64,000 nt of DNA from Dehalococcoidia bacterium (GTDB lineage: Bacteria > Chloroflexota > Dehalococcoidia > Lucifugimonadales > Lucifugimonadaceae). The DNA is taken from positions 4,578-68,577 of the forward strand of contig CBDESY010000003.1 in NCBI GenBank assembly GCA_965242765.1, written 5' to 3'. Position numbers and translations under genes: made by a program. Below, in pieces: positions 28,440 through 38,142 of the stretch (position 1 is the stretch's first letter; every line of letters starts with the position of its first letter). A model generated the notes under the pieces. That model was not told where the DNA came from. It searched no databases and saw nothing but the letters and a program-made list of their open reading frames with translations.

Positions 28440-31400
28440 CAGCGAGATTTACGGCCGCGCGTATCGTAACCCGCCGTTGCGAGTGATACGCCGCGCGGCA
28501 TCGCTTGTGCAACCAATCGATCATGCACAGATACTCGCCGCTTGCTAGGACGTTTTCTGCGCGTAGTGCGTAAGACTTGTACATCCCGCATGTTTGGATT
28601 CGGCATGTTCACTTTGGGCATGACGCTTCGGTCACTTTCCACTTTGTCTTTTACCGCCTCGCCAGTCGTAAAGTTCACGATGTAGTAATCGCCACTTTCG
28701 GGATCCCGAACACGTGCCAACTCCACCGATCTCCCGCCTTGCGCGTCGACCTCGTCCATCGTGTAATCGCCTTCATTTTCCGCATCCCAAGGCGGCAATG
28801 GGCGCGGACGCTTCTTACGTTCAGTCAACGCTTCAAGCACTTTCCAGTCGTAAGGCTCTAGTGGATTGAACGGCGGTATATCTATAGGATCGAACTGGAC
28901 TTGGTCGATAGTTTCTACGGGTTGCACGACGGGGATTGTCACAGGGTCATCTACTGTGTCGTCAATGGTGACCGGTTCGTCAAGATCGTCGGTGATTTCA
29001 GTATCGAGCTCTTCTTCAATGGTTTCGTTTAACTCACTGCCATAATCAAACGTAACTTCATTTTGGACTTGAACTTGATTCTGAACCTGGTTCTGAACTT
29101 GGTTCTGAACCTGATTCTGAACCTGATTCTGAACTTGGTTCTGAACTTGGTTCTGAACCTGGTTCTGAATCTCCTGCTGAACCTGTTCTTGTTGCTGTAT
29201 TTCTTGGTGCAGCTCTTCTTGAAGTTCGTCCTGAAGTTCGTCCTGCAACTCTTCTTGAAGTTCGTCCTGAAGTTCGTCCTGCAACTCTTCTTGAAGTTCG
29301 TCCTGCAACTCTTCTTGAAGTTCGTCCTGAAGTTCGTCTTGCAACTCTTCTTGAAGTTCGTCTTGAAGTTCGTCCTGAAGTTCGTCCTGCAGCTCTTCTT
29401 GAAGTTCGTCTTGAAGCTGGGTGCCCGTGTCTTCGTACTGCTCAGTTTCTTGTTGTGTCACCTGGTCTTCGAGTTCGTCGGCATCGGTTTCATCAAGTTC
29501 TTCACGCGTGGTATAACCGCTCATGTCCTCGATGATTCGGGTTTGCAGGTCAGTATCGGTTTGGGTATCGTCAAGTATTTCAGACAACTTCTCCATCTCG
29601 GCGGCTTGAGCTTCGTTGATGCTCTGCATACGCGCGCTTTGCTCAACGTCGGCCAGTTGATCGGTTTTGATGTCGGACGGCACGTATCTACCCAAATCAG
29701 CATCATCAGTGACGTTTTGTTCAGTGTCTTCGTTTGCTTCTGTTTGCTGTCTGGTGGTTTGAACATCCGCACTTTCGTTCAACTCCCTAGCAAAATCAGG
29801 GGTGTTGCTTGAGCGAGATTCGGCTTGGATTGATGGTGTGTAATCCATGAAGGCATCATGAATCTCCGACGGCGTGTAACCTAGCGACGAACCCAACACG
29901 ATAACTGCCGCCGGGATTCCGACTGCAGCGCGTGAAGCAGCGCCAATCAGGCCGGGGTCTTTAGGATCAAGAAATCCCCGTTCGCCTTCGTGCTTCAATT
30001 TGGCATATTGGACTTTGTCGCCGACAGGCATCAACTTCACGATGCCGTCCTTGGCAAGCTCTCTTTCCCAGTCCGCGTCGTCCCGCGCCTTGTTTTCTTC
30101 TCTCAGACGTATTTGCTCGGCTTCAGCTTCGGCGATTGCGGCATCTTCACGCGTTTTCACTTCGTCATAGAGGTTGAACAACTTGGCGCGGTCACGCTTA
30201 GACATTCGTGAATCACGCCGTCCTTGTTCTTGAAGCATGTCGTACTCGGTTTCCAACAAATTCGCCCAATCTTTAACCGATTCGGGTTGAACTGGAGTGC
30301 GATAAGCAGGATTGAACTCTTCGAGCTGGTCGGTTTTGTTTCGGCCTTCTTTGTAACGCGCCTCTGCGCCAAAGCCGTCGTCACGAAACACCTCTTCAAT
30401 CTCTTGCTCTCTGGGTGTCGGCGCGCCCTCGATTCGTGCTTTGATAGTTTCCGCGTCTGGATTAGCGAGTTCCGGAACGAACCCCCTACGCTTATCCATA
30501 ATCACAACGTCCGGGTCTGTGCCTTCGTTCGTCGGTCGATTGCCAAGAGTCTGGCTAAGCAGCTCAGGACGCTCCGGCCTAACTATGTTTTCCCGATAAA
30601 CACGTCCCAAACTACTATCTGCATGAACATTCGACAAGTTGTCAAGAAACGGCGACAATCCCTGTTGCTTCACTTGTTCAAACGGCACGGCCGGAGCGGG
30701 ACGACTGAAACCATCGGGGACTAATGCGCTTTGTCCATGCCTGAACTCTTCAAACATCGTCGGTTGCTCTTGCGGTGTGACCTGTCCCTCTTCAACGACT
30801 GCGCGCGGTATGTGACTGTTGTTTTCTCCCGTCAAATCTGCTTCGCGTTCTGTGAACGTCAAAACATCATCTACCGATTGCGGTTGCCCTGGCTTTTTAA
30901 CCACGCCTGATTTGTAGGCTTGCTCAAGCAACAATCGGTCGTAGTTGCTGTTTGGATCGGGATCACGGCCGAACGCGTTGCGGAACCAACGCCTATCAAC
31001 GTCCCAGACTTGAGGACGTGATGTTTGCGTATCGCTGCCCTTGGTGATGTAAATCGGTGGAACATCAAAGGTGGTGGATGGTAGTTGCGTAGCCAACGGC
31101 CCGCGTTCCGGGACTACCACATCATTGATGCTGTCACCAAACACGTTGAACTCGAAAGGTATCTGATAATCAGGTGTGACGCTCGTACGGGTGACGATAT
31201 CTCCCTCAGGTGCTTCAAACAATTGCCCGCGTGTTGGCGTGCTGTAGCGCAAAGCCGGGTTTTCGTCCATCATCACATCGTCGATGAACGCGTAACGCTC
31301 CCCTGAATCAAGGCGTTGAAGATTGCGGATGTTTTCTTGCGCTTGTTCGATCTTCTTCTCGTTCGCATCAAGAAAATCAAACATCTTATCGCTGGCTTGC

Positions 31401-34400
31401 TTGTTATTTGTGCCGCCGAACCACGAACGAATCGGACCTGTGACGCTTAGGTGTCTACCTTGATCGTTGCGATTCAAAATCGCCCTTGGCACATACTGGA
31501 CTGTTGAACTGTCGGATATGGTTGGTGAAACTGCGTGGGCTTCAAGATTCAGATTCAACGAGTCCCAGAAGTCGCGGTCGGACTTCAAGGTTCCACTGTT
31601 TGCATCTTGAAGGTCGCCCATCTGATTCCGCTCGGAACGATCATATGCATAACCCTCAGGTGTATTTGGATCGTAGTGCGCCTGGGTTGGTGTTTCGCCC
31701 CTCAGGAAGTTAAGCACCAACTGACCGCCCTTTGTTTCTTTCCATGAAGCAGGCAACACCTTGGACATCGCGTTTTCAAACGGGGTTCCAATAGGTCCGG
31801 TGCCACTTCCAACACCATCTAAACCGGTGTTATGCCGAAGCGTCGGTTCACCGAGTATCGAAACCAAATCATCATGAGTCGCATCAAAGCTTTCACGCGC
31901 AATACCGATATCTCGGACGTTGGTTGCGATCATCGCTTCGACCGCGTCGTTCCGCAAGAGATTCCAAACCCTGTTATCTCCTTCACTTGCAGTAGTCGCA
32001 TCGTAATCGCGGCCTGTCAAATCCCTAAACAAGTCCGCAGTCACTTGAGGTATGGCTTCGGGTGATGCCATCTCATATCGGTTCACGTTCGAATCGCCGT
32101 CTAACATCGCTTCTTGTTGCGACGCACTCTGTTTCGCCCATGAAACCGGCAACAGTCCGCCGCTAAACTCCATTCCATATGAAGCCGCGTACGTAGCTGT
32201 GCTGAGTGCATATAGGACAGCGTTGTAAAGACTGGGATTGTAGAAAGGATCGTTTTGGACGTGTGTGCCTTCGCCGAAGTCAAACCCTAGAAACTCGCCG
32301 CCGCCCGTCCATGTTTCAGCGAAGTTCTGCGCCACTTCTTCAAGTGGTTCTTTCAGCAGCTCTGCAGCACCCTTCACAGGTGCCAACGCAGTCGCAATTG
32401 AAGCCGGCACGGCTAAACCGACGTTCATCAGAGCGTTGTTGGGACGGAATGGCATGACGGCATCAGGTATCTTGACGGCAAAGTCCCCGTATCCAAACGT
32501 TGCGCCACCGCGCAGCACTTGCGGATTGCGAATCGAATCAATCAATTGCGTCCCTAGACCTTGCAACATCCCTTCGTTACCGATGTCGGTCACACTCCCA
32601 TGCGTATTGTCCCATCGAGTGCCAGACCATTCATTACTCCAAATCCCTTCAGGACGCGGCACTATCATGCCGGTTTCGACATCAACAAGGTTTGGCATGT
32701 CATCACGTCCGAAGTACTGGCGTCCTTCGTGGTGATACACGCCACCTGGTTCTTCACGAATGCCGTAAGCATTTGTCACAACGTCGTAGAAGTTTGGAAC
32801 ATCGCCACTTGGCACGGGAATGGCGTTGTTTGATTTTGATGGTGCGACATCCGTCACACGATGTGTTTCACCATCGATGGACACGCCAACCAATCGGCGA
32901 TTAGATTCGATGTCGGGTATCAAATTAGCGGCGTTGCCTGCAATCACACCCAATCCGAACGGAGCTAAACTACCAGCGACACCTAGAGCAGATTTCGCCC
33001 AATTCGTGCCGGACACTGGATCGCCAAACACAGGGTTGGCTCCTACTGGTGTGCGAGAGCCGTCCGCGCCTATCTCATACCAAACGTCCCTTTCTTCATC
33101 CCAAGCGAGTTTACGACCATCTTCAAGCGTTACTCCCGCCGCCATGTTGTAAGTGTTGTCCAGTGCGTTGCGCGTAGTGTTGATTTGCAGTTCCCGCAAC
33201 ATGCCCGGTTGCATTTCATACTCGGCTTCGACTCTTGCGAGCTCTTTTTTGCCAGCGTCATTGACATCCATCAAGGTCATCAACTGCACAACTGATTGAG
33301 GTGTGTTCGTCGGTTCTTCGCCACGCGCTAGAGCCGCTCGCAGTTTGCGCGCTTCTTGTTCCGGGTCGGCTATCCCCTCATCCTCTTGCATCGTCTCGAC
33401 TAATCGATCTATTTCAGATTGGGTTTGATCAATTTTGTTTGTTGCATTGATTTTTTCTATATAGAGACCTTGATCGACTTGGCGCGGATTGTTCGGCGCG
33501 CTTTCACGCGTTGCAAACCTAACCAGTTCTTCCTCGAACCAATCAGGATTGCTTTCGTCTATCTCCCGTCCCTCTAAAAGAGCGATACCGCGCAGTTTTT
33601 GTTCACGCGCGGCCTGACGTTCGTCTTCATCGATGTATTCGTGAACCAACCGCTGATCGTCATTGAGTGAAGCGACACGCGTGTTTGCGTCATATTCGCC
33701 ATCGTCACGCCTTTGCTCGTATTCGTCACGTGACATGTACTCGATGTTGTCGGGATCCTTGAGATTGTAGACCGCAACCTGCCCGTCGTTTTCTTTTTCG
33801 AGCAACGGCGCAAAGTCCCCAAAGTTCTCTTTGTTTCGGTCGCTAATGCGCGCGTTGATTTGAGAGTAGACAGCGTCCAAGTCGTCCCACGACTTTACGT
33901 TGCTGATGTCCACGCCGTAATCAAGCGCATTTCTTCGCACCTTGTTTACCGCCACACCTAACGCCGCATCATCCAAGTCGCCCCAGTCCTGTATCTCTCC
34001 GATATCGACGTTTGAAGCGAAGGGATCGTTCACCAGTTCACGTCTTGCGATGTCCAACATCGCTGCGTCTACGTTTTTGAGATCGAAAGAGCCGACGCGG
34101 TTATCTTCATACTGGCCGGTAAGCGCGTTCCAAGTCGTCGTATCGCTGATGCCGAGTTCGTCATACTTTCCGTCTATGAAGTCCGCGATGTGTTGCTTTA
34201 CTTCAACAAGCGTTCCCGTATCGTCTACATCTAACGACCTTGCAGTCCGTCCCCACTGCGCTCGCTCATTTTCGTTGGCAATTCGTTCCGCATTTTCCTG
34301 CACTTCAGTCAACACGGACTGCACTTCTTCTAACGTGTTTAATTCAGGCCGTCTATAATCAACAACTTCACCCGTCAGGTCGTCAATCTGTTCTGCAAGT

Positions 34401-37400
34401 CCCGATTCGTCTAGTTTCTTTTGCGTGAACCCCCTAACCGCCTCCTGTGCGTCGCCGACGTTATCGAAATCTCCCAATCCCAGCTGATCTGCTGCACTTA
34501 TCCAGCTTTGGTCGACGTTGTGCTGATTGACATCTTGCAAGTATTGGTTGACATCTTCCCAACTTTCCAACTGGCGATCATCGAAACCAACACGTCTACC
34601 ATAGTTTAATGCCTTAGCTATGTTTACATCTAGATAAACCTTTTGTGCATCATAGATGTTGTTTATTTCTGGCGTATGGTCTAACGGCGTTACGTATCGT
34701 TCAAGCTCGGGGTCTACCCCGTGTTCTCTAAATTGATTTCCTAAGTTGCCGGCTATGCGTTCCATGACTTCGGTGGGTTCGCCTAGATGGTTCTCGTGCA
34801 GGTGAACTGCAAGTTGGCGCGCTTGAAAGTCTTCGATGCCCTCTTGGGACATCAGGTCTACAACATAGGCATAGCCTTCATCATCGCTGTTCGATCCGAA
34901 CTGCTTCGAGAGTTCATACCCCCTATGTTTGATGCGTTCTTCCAATTCTTCGTTCGTAAGTTCACGAGTGTTGGACATCTCGCCTATCGGGGTAAACTCC
35001 CCATCGATTATCGTATGCGGCGACACATCCACATCGAAAGCATTCGCAATCGTAAGCAGTTGATGACGTTTCAACATCGCATTGCCTTCATCGACGCCTT
35101 CTTCGGTCGTAAGGTCGGGGATGTCTTCAGGTTTAACGCCTATGCTTAACAGCTGCCCTTCAAACGCTTCACGATTCGCTTGTTCATGGTCGGCGATAGA
35201 TTCTTGAACTCGTGATCGGTAGTAGGGATTGGCAGCCAACTCATCCAGGGTGTAAGGCTTGCCAGTCGCCGGGTTGATAGGCATGTCAAGGTCTTTGTGC
35301 TTGTCAATGACATCGACCAAGTTCATTGCATTGAATGTGTCGGCAGCCAGTTTGATGTTTTCAGGTGTCTGCCCCATCTCCTCGAATGGCGAGAAGTCCC
35401 ATCCCTTCAGTTCATATTCGTCCTTGATGTTGCGCCAAGTCTCTCCACCAGACGCGCCACCAGCAGCGTTGTATTCATCTACGAATCTATTCATCTCTGC
35501 CGTCGCAGCCGGTCCACCTTTGGCTATCACATCCCAGTCTGGTGGCTCGACTCCCGCGTCTGCCGCGTCGATATCTACTCGAACTCTGTCTGCAAGCAAG
35601 GTTTCAGACTGCACTCTGTTCCATTCTTTCGTCGCATCAGTGCCACCTTTGAATATGATGTTCATGTCCAGCGGCTTGACACCGGCTTCTTCAGCCTGCG
35701 AGTTGATCTTTGCAACCTGTTCCGCAGTCACTCCCATGTTTTCAAATATCTGTTTACCATACCCACCAACTTGCCCCGTCGTCTTAAAAAGCTCAACTTC
35801 ATTGTCATGTTCCACCTCTCTAGCCTGAGGTAAATCATTCACATATCGATTCCATTCATCAATCCCTTCCTGATTCGGACGACTAACCTTCACCCAATCA
35901 ATCCCCATGCCCAGTTGATCGCTCTCTTTTATGGCATTGATCATCTCTTCTTGCGTCAGTCCTAAGTGATTAACCTCAATCGGATTGCCTTGATCATCCA
36001 AAACGATATTGCCGTCTTCGTCCCGTTTGTGTCGCACAACTTGGTTGTAGAGCGGGTCGTAGAGGTCAGGATTGAGAACCCTATCATTTTGTTCGTGTTC
36101 TATTCTGGCTTGCTCGATTTCTTTATTTTTATTATCAAACCTACTTACGAAACTGTTCCATTCATTTTGCGCTTCTTCTCCCCCCTTGGCAAGAACCTTT
36201 ACATCCGGCGGCTCGATGCCGATACGCTTTGCATGTCGGACACCATCCGCTATTTGTTGGGCACTCACACCCGCTTTAGTCACCACGGGTGTCAAACCCA
36301 AATCCACTTCCTGTTGATCTGGAACAACCTGCAACTCTCCATACGAACTTTCCCTAACTCCCCTTTCGCCAGCAACTACAGCGTTGATCATTCGATTGAA
36401 CTCATCACTTGCCGTTGCACCGCCGTTGCGAATTATGTCATCGTTAACCGCTATACCCAAAGATTTAGCACGCCTTAACCATCCATCAAAGTTGTTTTCT
36501 TTAAGCGTTTCATCCCACCTGCGACTGATTTCCTTGGCAACGCTTTGATGCCATTGCCTAGAGTAATCAGGGTCGTATTTTGGAGAATTAGGGTCGGCGA
36601 TGCTTCTGTCGAACTCAAAACCTTCGCCCAAATCTTGAGCTATATTTTCGTTGTTCGTGAATACCTTATCGTTTGCTTCATCTAGCTTCTCTTTCAAATA
36701 TCCCCTATCTGTCAAAGCTTGATTTGCATCGAAATCAATCCCCAACTGTTCCATCTGGGTAGCAGTTGTCGAAACGTAACTTTCATATTCGGCTTCCGCC
36801 TCAGCGTCAGCAACGGCCTGTTGCTCTTCTCTCTGTTTACGGAATTGAGCATCGAGTCCTCGAAGATACTTAGCACCAGAATCAAAATCGTTTCCTTTGA
36901 TGGATTTTCGCAAACCCATTCGATCTGAAACCCGACCGCTCATCAGAAATCGAGCAAGCTCTTCAGGATCGCCTTGCCCATATTCATTGGTGAGTCCAAC
37001 ACTCTTCGCTATAGACCTTGCCTGGTTGATCGACACGCCGAACCCATTGCTCAGCAAGTTGCGCCAATCCAGATTCTCGCCTTGCTCAGGTCTGAACTCG
37101 TCTAGCCAATAATCTTCGTCGTCATCAGATTTGGTGTCTGTAACAACCAAACTAGAAGAATCAGGGGTGGTTTTGACATCACCGGTCTTGGATTTGGGAG
37201 CATCGTCGACTTCAACATCTACTTCATCGTCTTCAATTTGGTTCATCAAGGACTGCAAGGCTTGATAAAGCTCAGCCTCAGAAAACCCAGAATTGTAGAT
37301 AGCTTCTTGCCGTTGCTCTCCGATGGTGTCGAACAAGAACGCAAAGTCACTGAGGGAATCATACCCCTTGATCGCCACAACGGAACCCGACTTGCGGGTT

Positions 37401-37804
37401 ATTCCACGTTTACTATCCCTTTCACGTTCACGTCCCTCAGCTGTTGGAGTTCTCTTGGTTGGAGTTCTCTTGGTTGGAGTTCTCTTGGTTGGAGTTCTCT
37501 TGAATTTCGGCTTCTTCTTTGGAACGTTGTGTTCCAGAAGTTTCTCCTCAGTTTCTATGTCAGAACTCGGACTATCCGTCGGCTTCTTAGTTGGAACTTT
37601 GGTCTTCTTAATGTCTTGTATACGATTTCGACGATTGATCTCTTGTTCTTCGCGAAAGAGTTCGTCATCGGCATAGTAATCCTTACCCCGATTCGAACTC
37701 TCTTTCTTGACCTGTTTCTTTGGGACCTCTCGTATACGATTTCGACGATTGATCTCTTGTTCTTCGCGAAAGAGTTCGTCATCGGCGTAGTAATCACGGG
37801 CCAT
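28439..37804 (-). CDS. giant repeat-rich protein B (3121 aa), function unknown
   Basis: Uninterrupted 9.4-kb ORF with GGAGA 7 nt upstream of the ATG. Contains a duplicated 38-aa N-terminal module, (KRTPT)4, at least 5 copies of a 'G[IV]xPxD..KGG..A..E[WF]NR' module, and (QDEL/QEEL)n and (QNQV)n arrays. No catalytic motif recognised. Confidence 0.9.
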   Translation of the reverse strand: MARDYYADDELFREEQEINRRNRIREVPKKQVKKESSNRGKDYYADDELFREEQEINRRNRIQDIKKTKVPTKKPTDSPSSDIETEEKLLEHNVPKKKPKFKRTPTKRTPTKRTPTKRTPTAEGRERERDSKRGITRKSGSVVAIKGYDSLSDFAFLFDTIGEQRQEAIYNSGFSEAELYQALQSLMNQIEDDEVDVEVDDAPKSKTGDVKTTPDSSSLVVTDTKSDDDEDYWLDEFRPEQGENLDWRNLLSNGFGVSINQARSIAKSVGLTNEYGQGDPEELARFLMSGRVSDRMGLRKSIKGNDFDSGAKYLRGLDAQFRKQREEQQAVADAEAEAEYESYVSTTATQMEQLGIDFDANQALTDRGYLKEKLDEANDKVFTNNENIAQDLGEGFEFDRSIADPNSPKYDPDYSRQWHQSVAKEISRRWDETLKENNFDGWLRRAKSLGIAVNDDIIRNGGATASDEFNRMINAVVAGERGVRESSYGELQVVPDQQEVDLGLTPVVTKAGVSAQQIADGVRHAKRIGIEPPDVKVLAKGGEEAQNEWNSFVSRFDNKNKEIEQARIEHEQNDRVLNPDLYDPLYNQVVRHKRDEDGNIVLDDQGNPIEVNHLGLTQEEMINAIKESDQLGMGIDWVKVSRPNQEGIDEWNRYVNDLPQAREVEHDNEVELFKTTGQVGGYGKQIFENMGVTAEQVAKINSQAEEAGVKPLDMNIIFKGGTDATKEWNRVQSETLLADRVRVDIDAADAGVEPPDWDVIAKGGPAATAEMNRFVDEYNAAGGASGGETWRNIKDEYELKGWDFSPFEEMGQTPENIKLAADTFNAMNLVDVIDKHKDLDMPINPATGKPYTLDELAANPYYRSRVQESIADHEQANREAFEGQLLSIGVKPEDIPDLTTEEGVDEGNAMLKRHQLLTIANAFDVDVSPHTIIDGEFTPIGEMSNTRELTNEELEERIKHRGYELSKQFGSNSDDEGYAYVVDLMSQEGIEDFQARQLAVHLHENHLGEPTEVMERIAGNLGNQFREHGVDPELERYVTPLDHTPEINNIYDAQKVYLDVNIAKALNYGRRVGFDDRQLESWEDVNQYLQDVNQHNVDQSWISAADQLGLGDFDNVGDAQEAVRGFTQKKLDESGLAEQIDDLTGEVVDYRRPELNTLEEVQSVLTEVQENAERIANENERAQWGRTARSLDVDDTGTLVEVKQHIADFIDGKYDELGISDTTTWNALTGQYEDNRVGSFDLKNVDAAMLDIARRELVNDPFASNVDIGEIQDWGDLDDAALGVAVNKVRRNALDYGVDISNVKSWDDLDAVYSQINARISDRNKENFGDFAPLLEKENDGQVAVYNLKDPDNIEYMSRDEYEQRRDDGEYDANTRVASLNDDQRLVHEYIDEDERQAAREQKLRGIALLEGREIDESNPDWFEEELVRFATRESAPNNPRQVDQGLYIEKINATNKIDQTQSEIDRLVETMQEDEGIADPEQEARKLRAALARGEEPTNTPQSVVQLMTLMDVNDAGKKELARVEAEYEMQPGMLRELQINTTRNALDNTYNMAAGVTLEDGRKLAWDEERDVWYEIGADGSRTPVGANPVFGDPVSGTNWAKSALGVAGSLAPFGLGVIAGNAANLIPDIESNRRLVGVSIDGETHRVTDVAPSKSNNAIPVPSGDVPNFYDVVTNAYGIREEPGGVYHHEGRQYFGRDDMPNLVDVETGMIVPRPEGIWSNEWSGTRWDNTHGSVTDIGNEGMLQGLGTQLIDSIRNPQVLRGGATFGYGDFAVKIPDAVMPFRPNNALMNVGLAVPASIATALAPVKGAAELLKEPLEEVAQNFAETWTGGGEFLGFDFGEGTHVQNDPFYNPSLYNAVLYALSTATYAASYGMEFSGGLLPVSWAKQSASQQEAMLDGDSNVNRYEMASPEAIPQVTADLFRDLTGRDYDATTASEGDNRVWNLLRNDAVEAMIATNVRDIGIARESFDATHDDLVSILGEPTLRHNTGLDGVGSGTGPIGTPFENAMSKVLPASWKETKGGQLVLNFLRGETPTQAHYDPNTPEGYAYDRSERNQMGDLQDANSGTLKSDRDFWDSLNLNLEAHAVSPTISDSSTVQYVPRAILNRNDQGRHLSVTGPIRSWFGGTNNKQASDKMFDFLDANEKKIEQAQENIRNLQRLDSGERYAFIDDVMMDENPALRYSTPTRGQLFEAPEGDIVTRTSVTPDYQIPFEFNVFGDSINDVVVPERGPLATQLPSTTFDVPPIYITKGSDTQTSRPQVWDVDRRWFRNAFGRDPDPNSNYDRLLLEQAYKSGVVKKPGQPQSVDDVLTFTEREADLTGENNSHIPRAVVEEGQVTPQEQPTMFEEFRHGQSALVPDGFSRPAPAVPFEQVKQQGLSPFLDNLSNVHADSSLGRVYRENIVRPERPELLSQTLGNRPTNEGTDPDVVIMDKRRGFVPELANPDAETIKARIEGAPTPREQEIEEVFRDDGFGAEARYKEGRNKTDQLEEFNPAYRTPVQPESVKDWANLLETEYDMLQEQGRRDSRMSKRDRAKLFNLYDEVKTREDAAIAEAEAEQIRLREENKARDDADWERELAKDGIVKLMPVGDKVQYAKLKHEGERGFLDPKDPGLIGAASRAAVGIPAAVIVLGSSLGYTPSEIHDAFMDYTPSIQAESRSSNTPDFARELNESADVQTTRQQTEANEDTEQNVTDDADLGRYVPSDIKTDQLADVEQSARMQSINEAQAAEMEKLSEILDDTQTDTDLQTRIIEDMSGYTTREELDETDADELEDQVTQQETEQYEDTGTQLQDELQEELQDELQDELQDELQEELQDELQDELQEELQDELQEELQDELQDELQEELQDELQDELQEELHQEIQQQEQVQQEIQNQVQNQVQNQVQNQVQNQVQNQVQNQVQNQVQVQNEVTFDYGSELNETIEEELDTEITDDLDEPVTIDDTVDDPVTIPVVQPVETIDQVQFDPIDIPPFNPLEPYDWKVLEALTERKKRPRPLPPWDAENEGDYTMDEVDAQGGRSVELARVRDPESGDYYIVNFTTGEAVKDKVESDRSVMPKVNMPNPNMRDVQVLRTTRRKRPSKRRVSVHDRLVAQAMPRGVSLATAGYDTRGRKSR
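29063..29420 (-). repeat. two adjacent 12-bp in-frame tandem arrays ((QNQV)n and (QDEL/QEEL)n)
   Basis: ttctgaacctgg-type units at ~29075-29170 and ttcgtcctgaag/ctcttcttgaag-type units at ~29200-29417, read directly from the sequence. Confidence 0.9.
37446..37505 (-). repeat. 4 x 15-bp in-frame tandem repeat (KRTPT)
   Basis: ggagttctcttggtt repeated from 37446. The last unit is partial. Confidence 0.9.
37618..37795 (-). repeat. 114-bp-period duplication at the 5' end of giant B
   Basis: A 64-nt core (gtatacgatttcgacgattgatctcttgttcttcgcgaaagagttcgtcatcggc[a/g]tagtaatc) occurs at 37618-37681 and 37732-37795. It encodes 'DYYADDELFREEQEINRRNRI' twice. Confidence 0.9.
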
Positions 37805-38142
37805 GGCGCATTCTCCATCAAGTAATCGTTATGAGTTGATGTTGAATCTAACAGACTATCTGAAAATGGCGATGCCATAAACGTCAACAAGCAGGACGTA
37901 GAGCATGTTCAAATCATGTCGCGCGCGCGCGCGAATGTGATGCGTGTGTGCGGATGTGCGAATCCGCACCCGCGCCCAGTACGTGTCGGTATCGCGCACA
38001 AAACAAAAATATGCTAAAATCAAGGTGTGGATCCCAAGCGTCAGGGTCCCAATCAACTCGCGCAGACGGAGCTTGCTCTGTCTGCGCCAATCTTTGCGGT
38101 CGGGTATAATATATTACACACCGAGTTGATTGGAGTAGCACC
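37805..38142. promoter_or_regulatory. divergent intergenic control region
   Basis: 338-bp gap between divergently transcribed giant B and 38143..38982. Contains TATAAT at 38105-38110, TGCTAAAAT at ~38011-38019 and a (CG)6 / alternating Pu-Py tract at ~37921-37965. Confidence 0.4.

Noticed and set aside
29063-29812. 249-aa plus-strand ORF (LNLVLNLILNL... / FLKFVLKFVLQL...)
   Set aside because: It is the antisense reading of the 12-bp tandem arrays inside giant B. It exists only because the repeats lack stop codons on the opposite strand.
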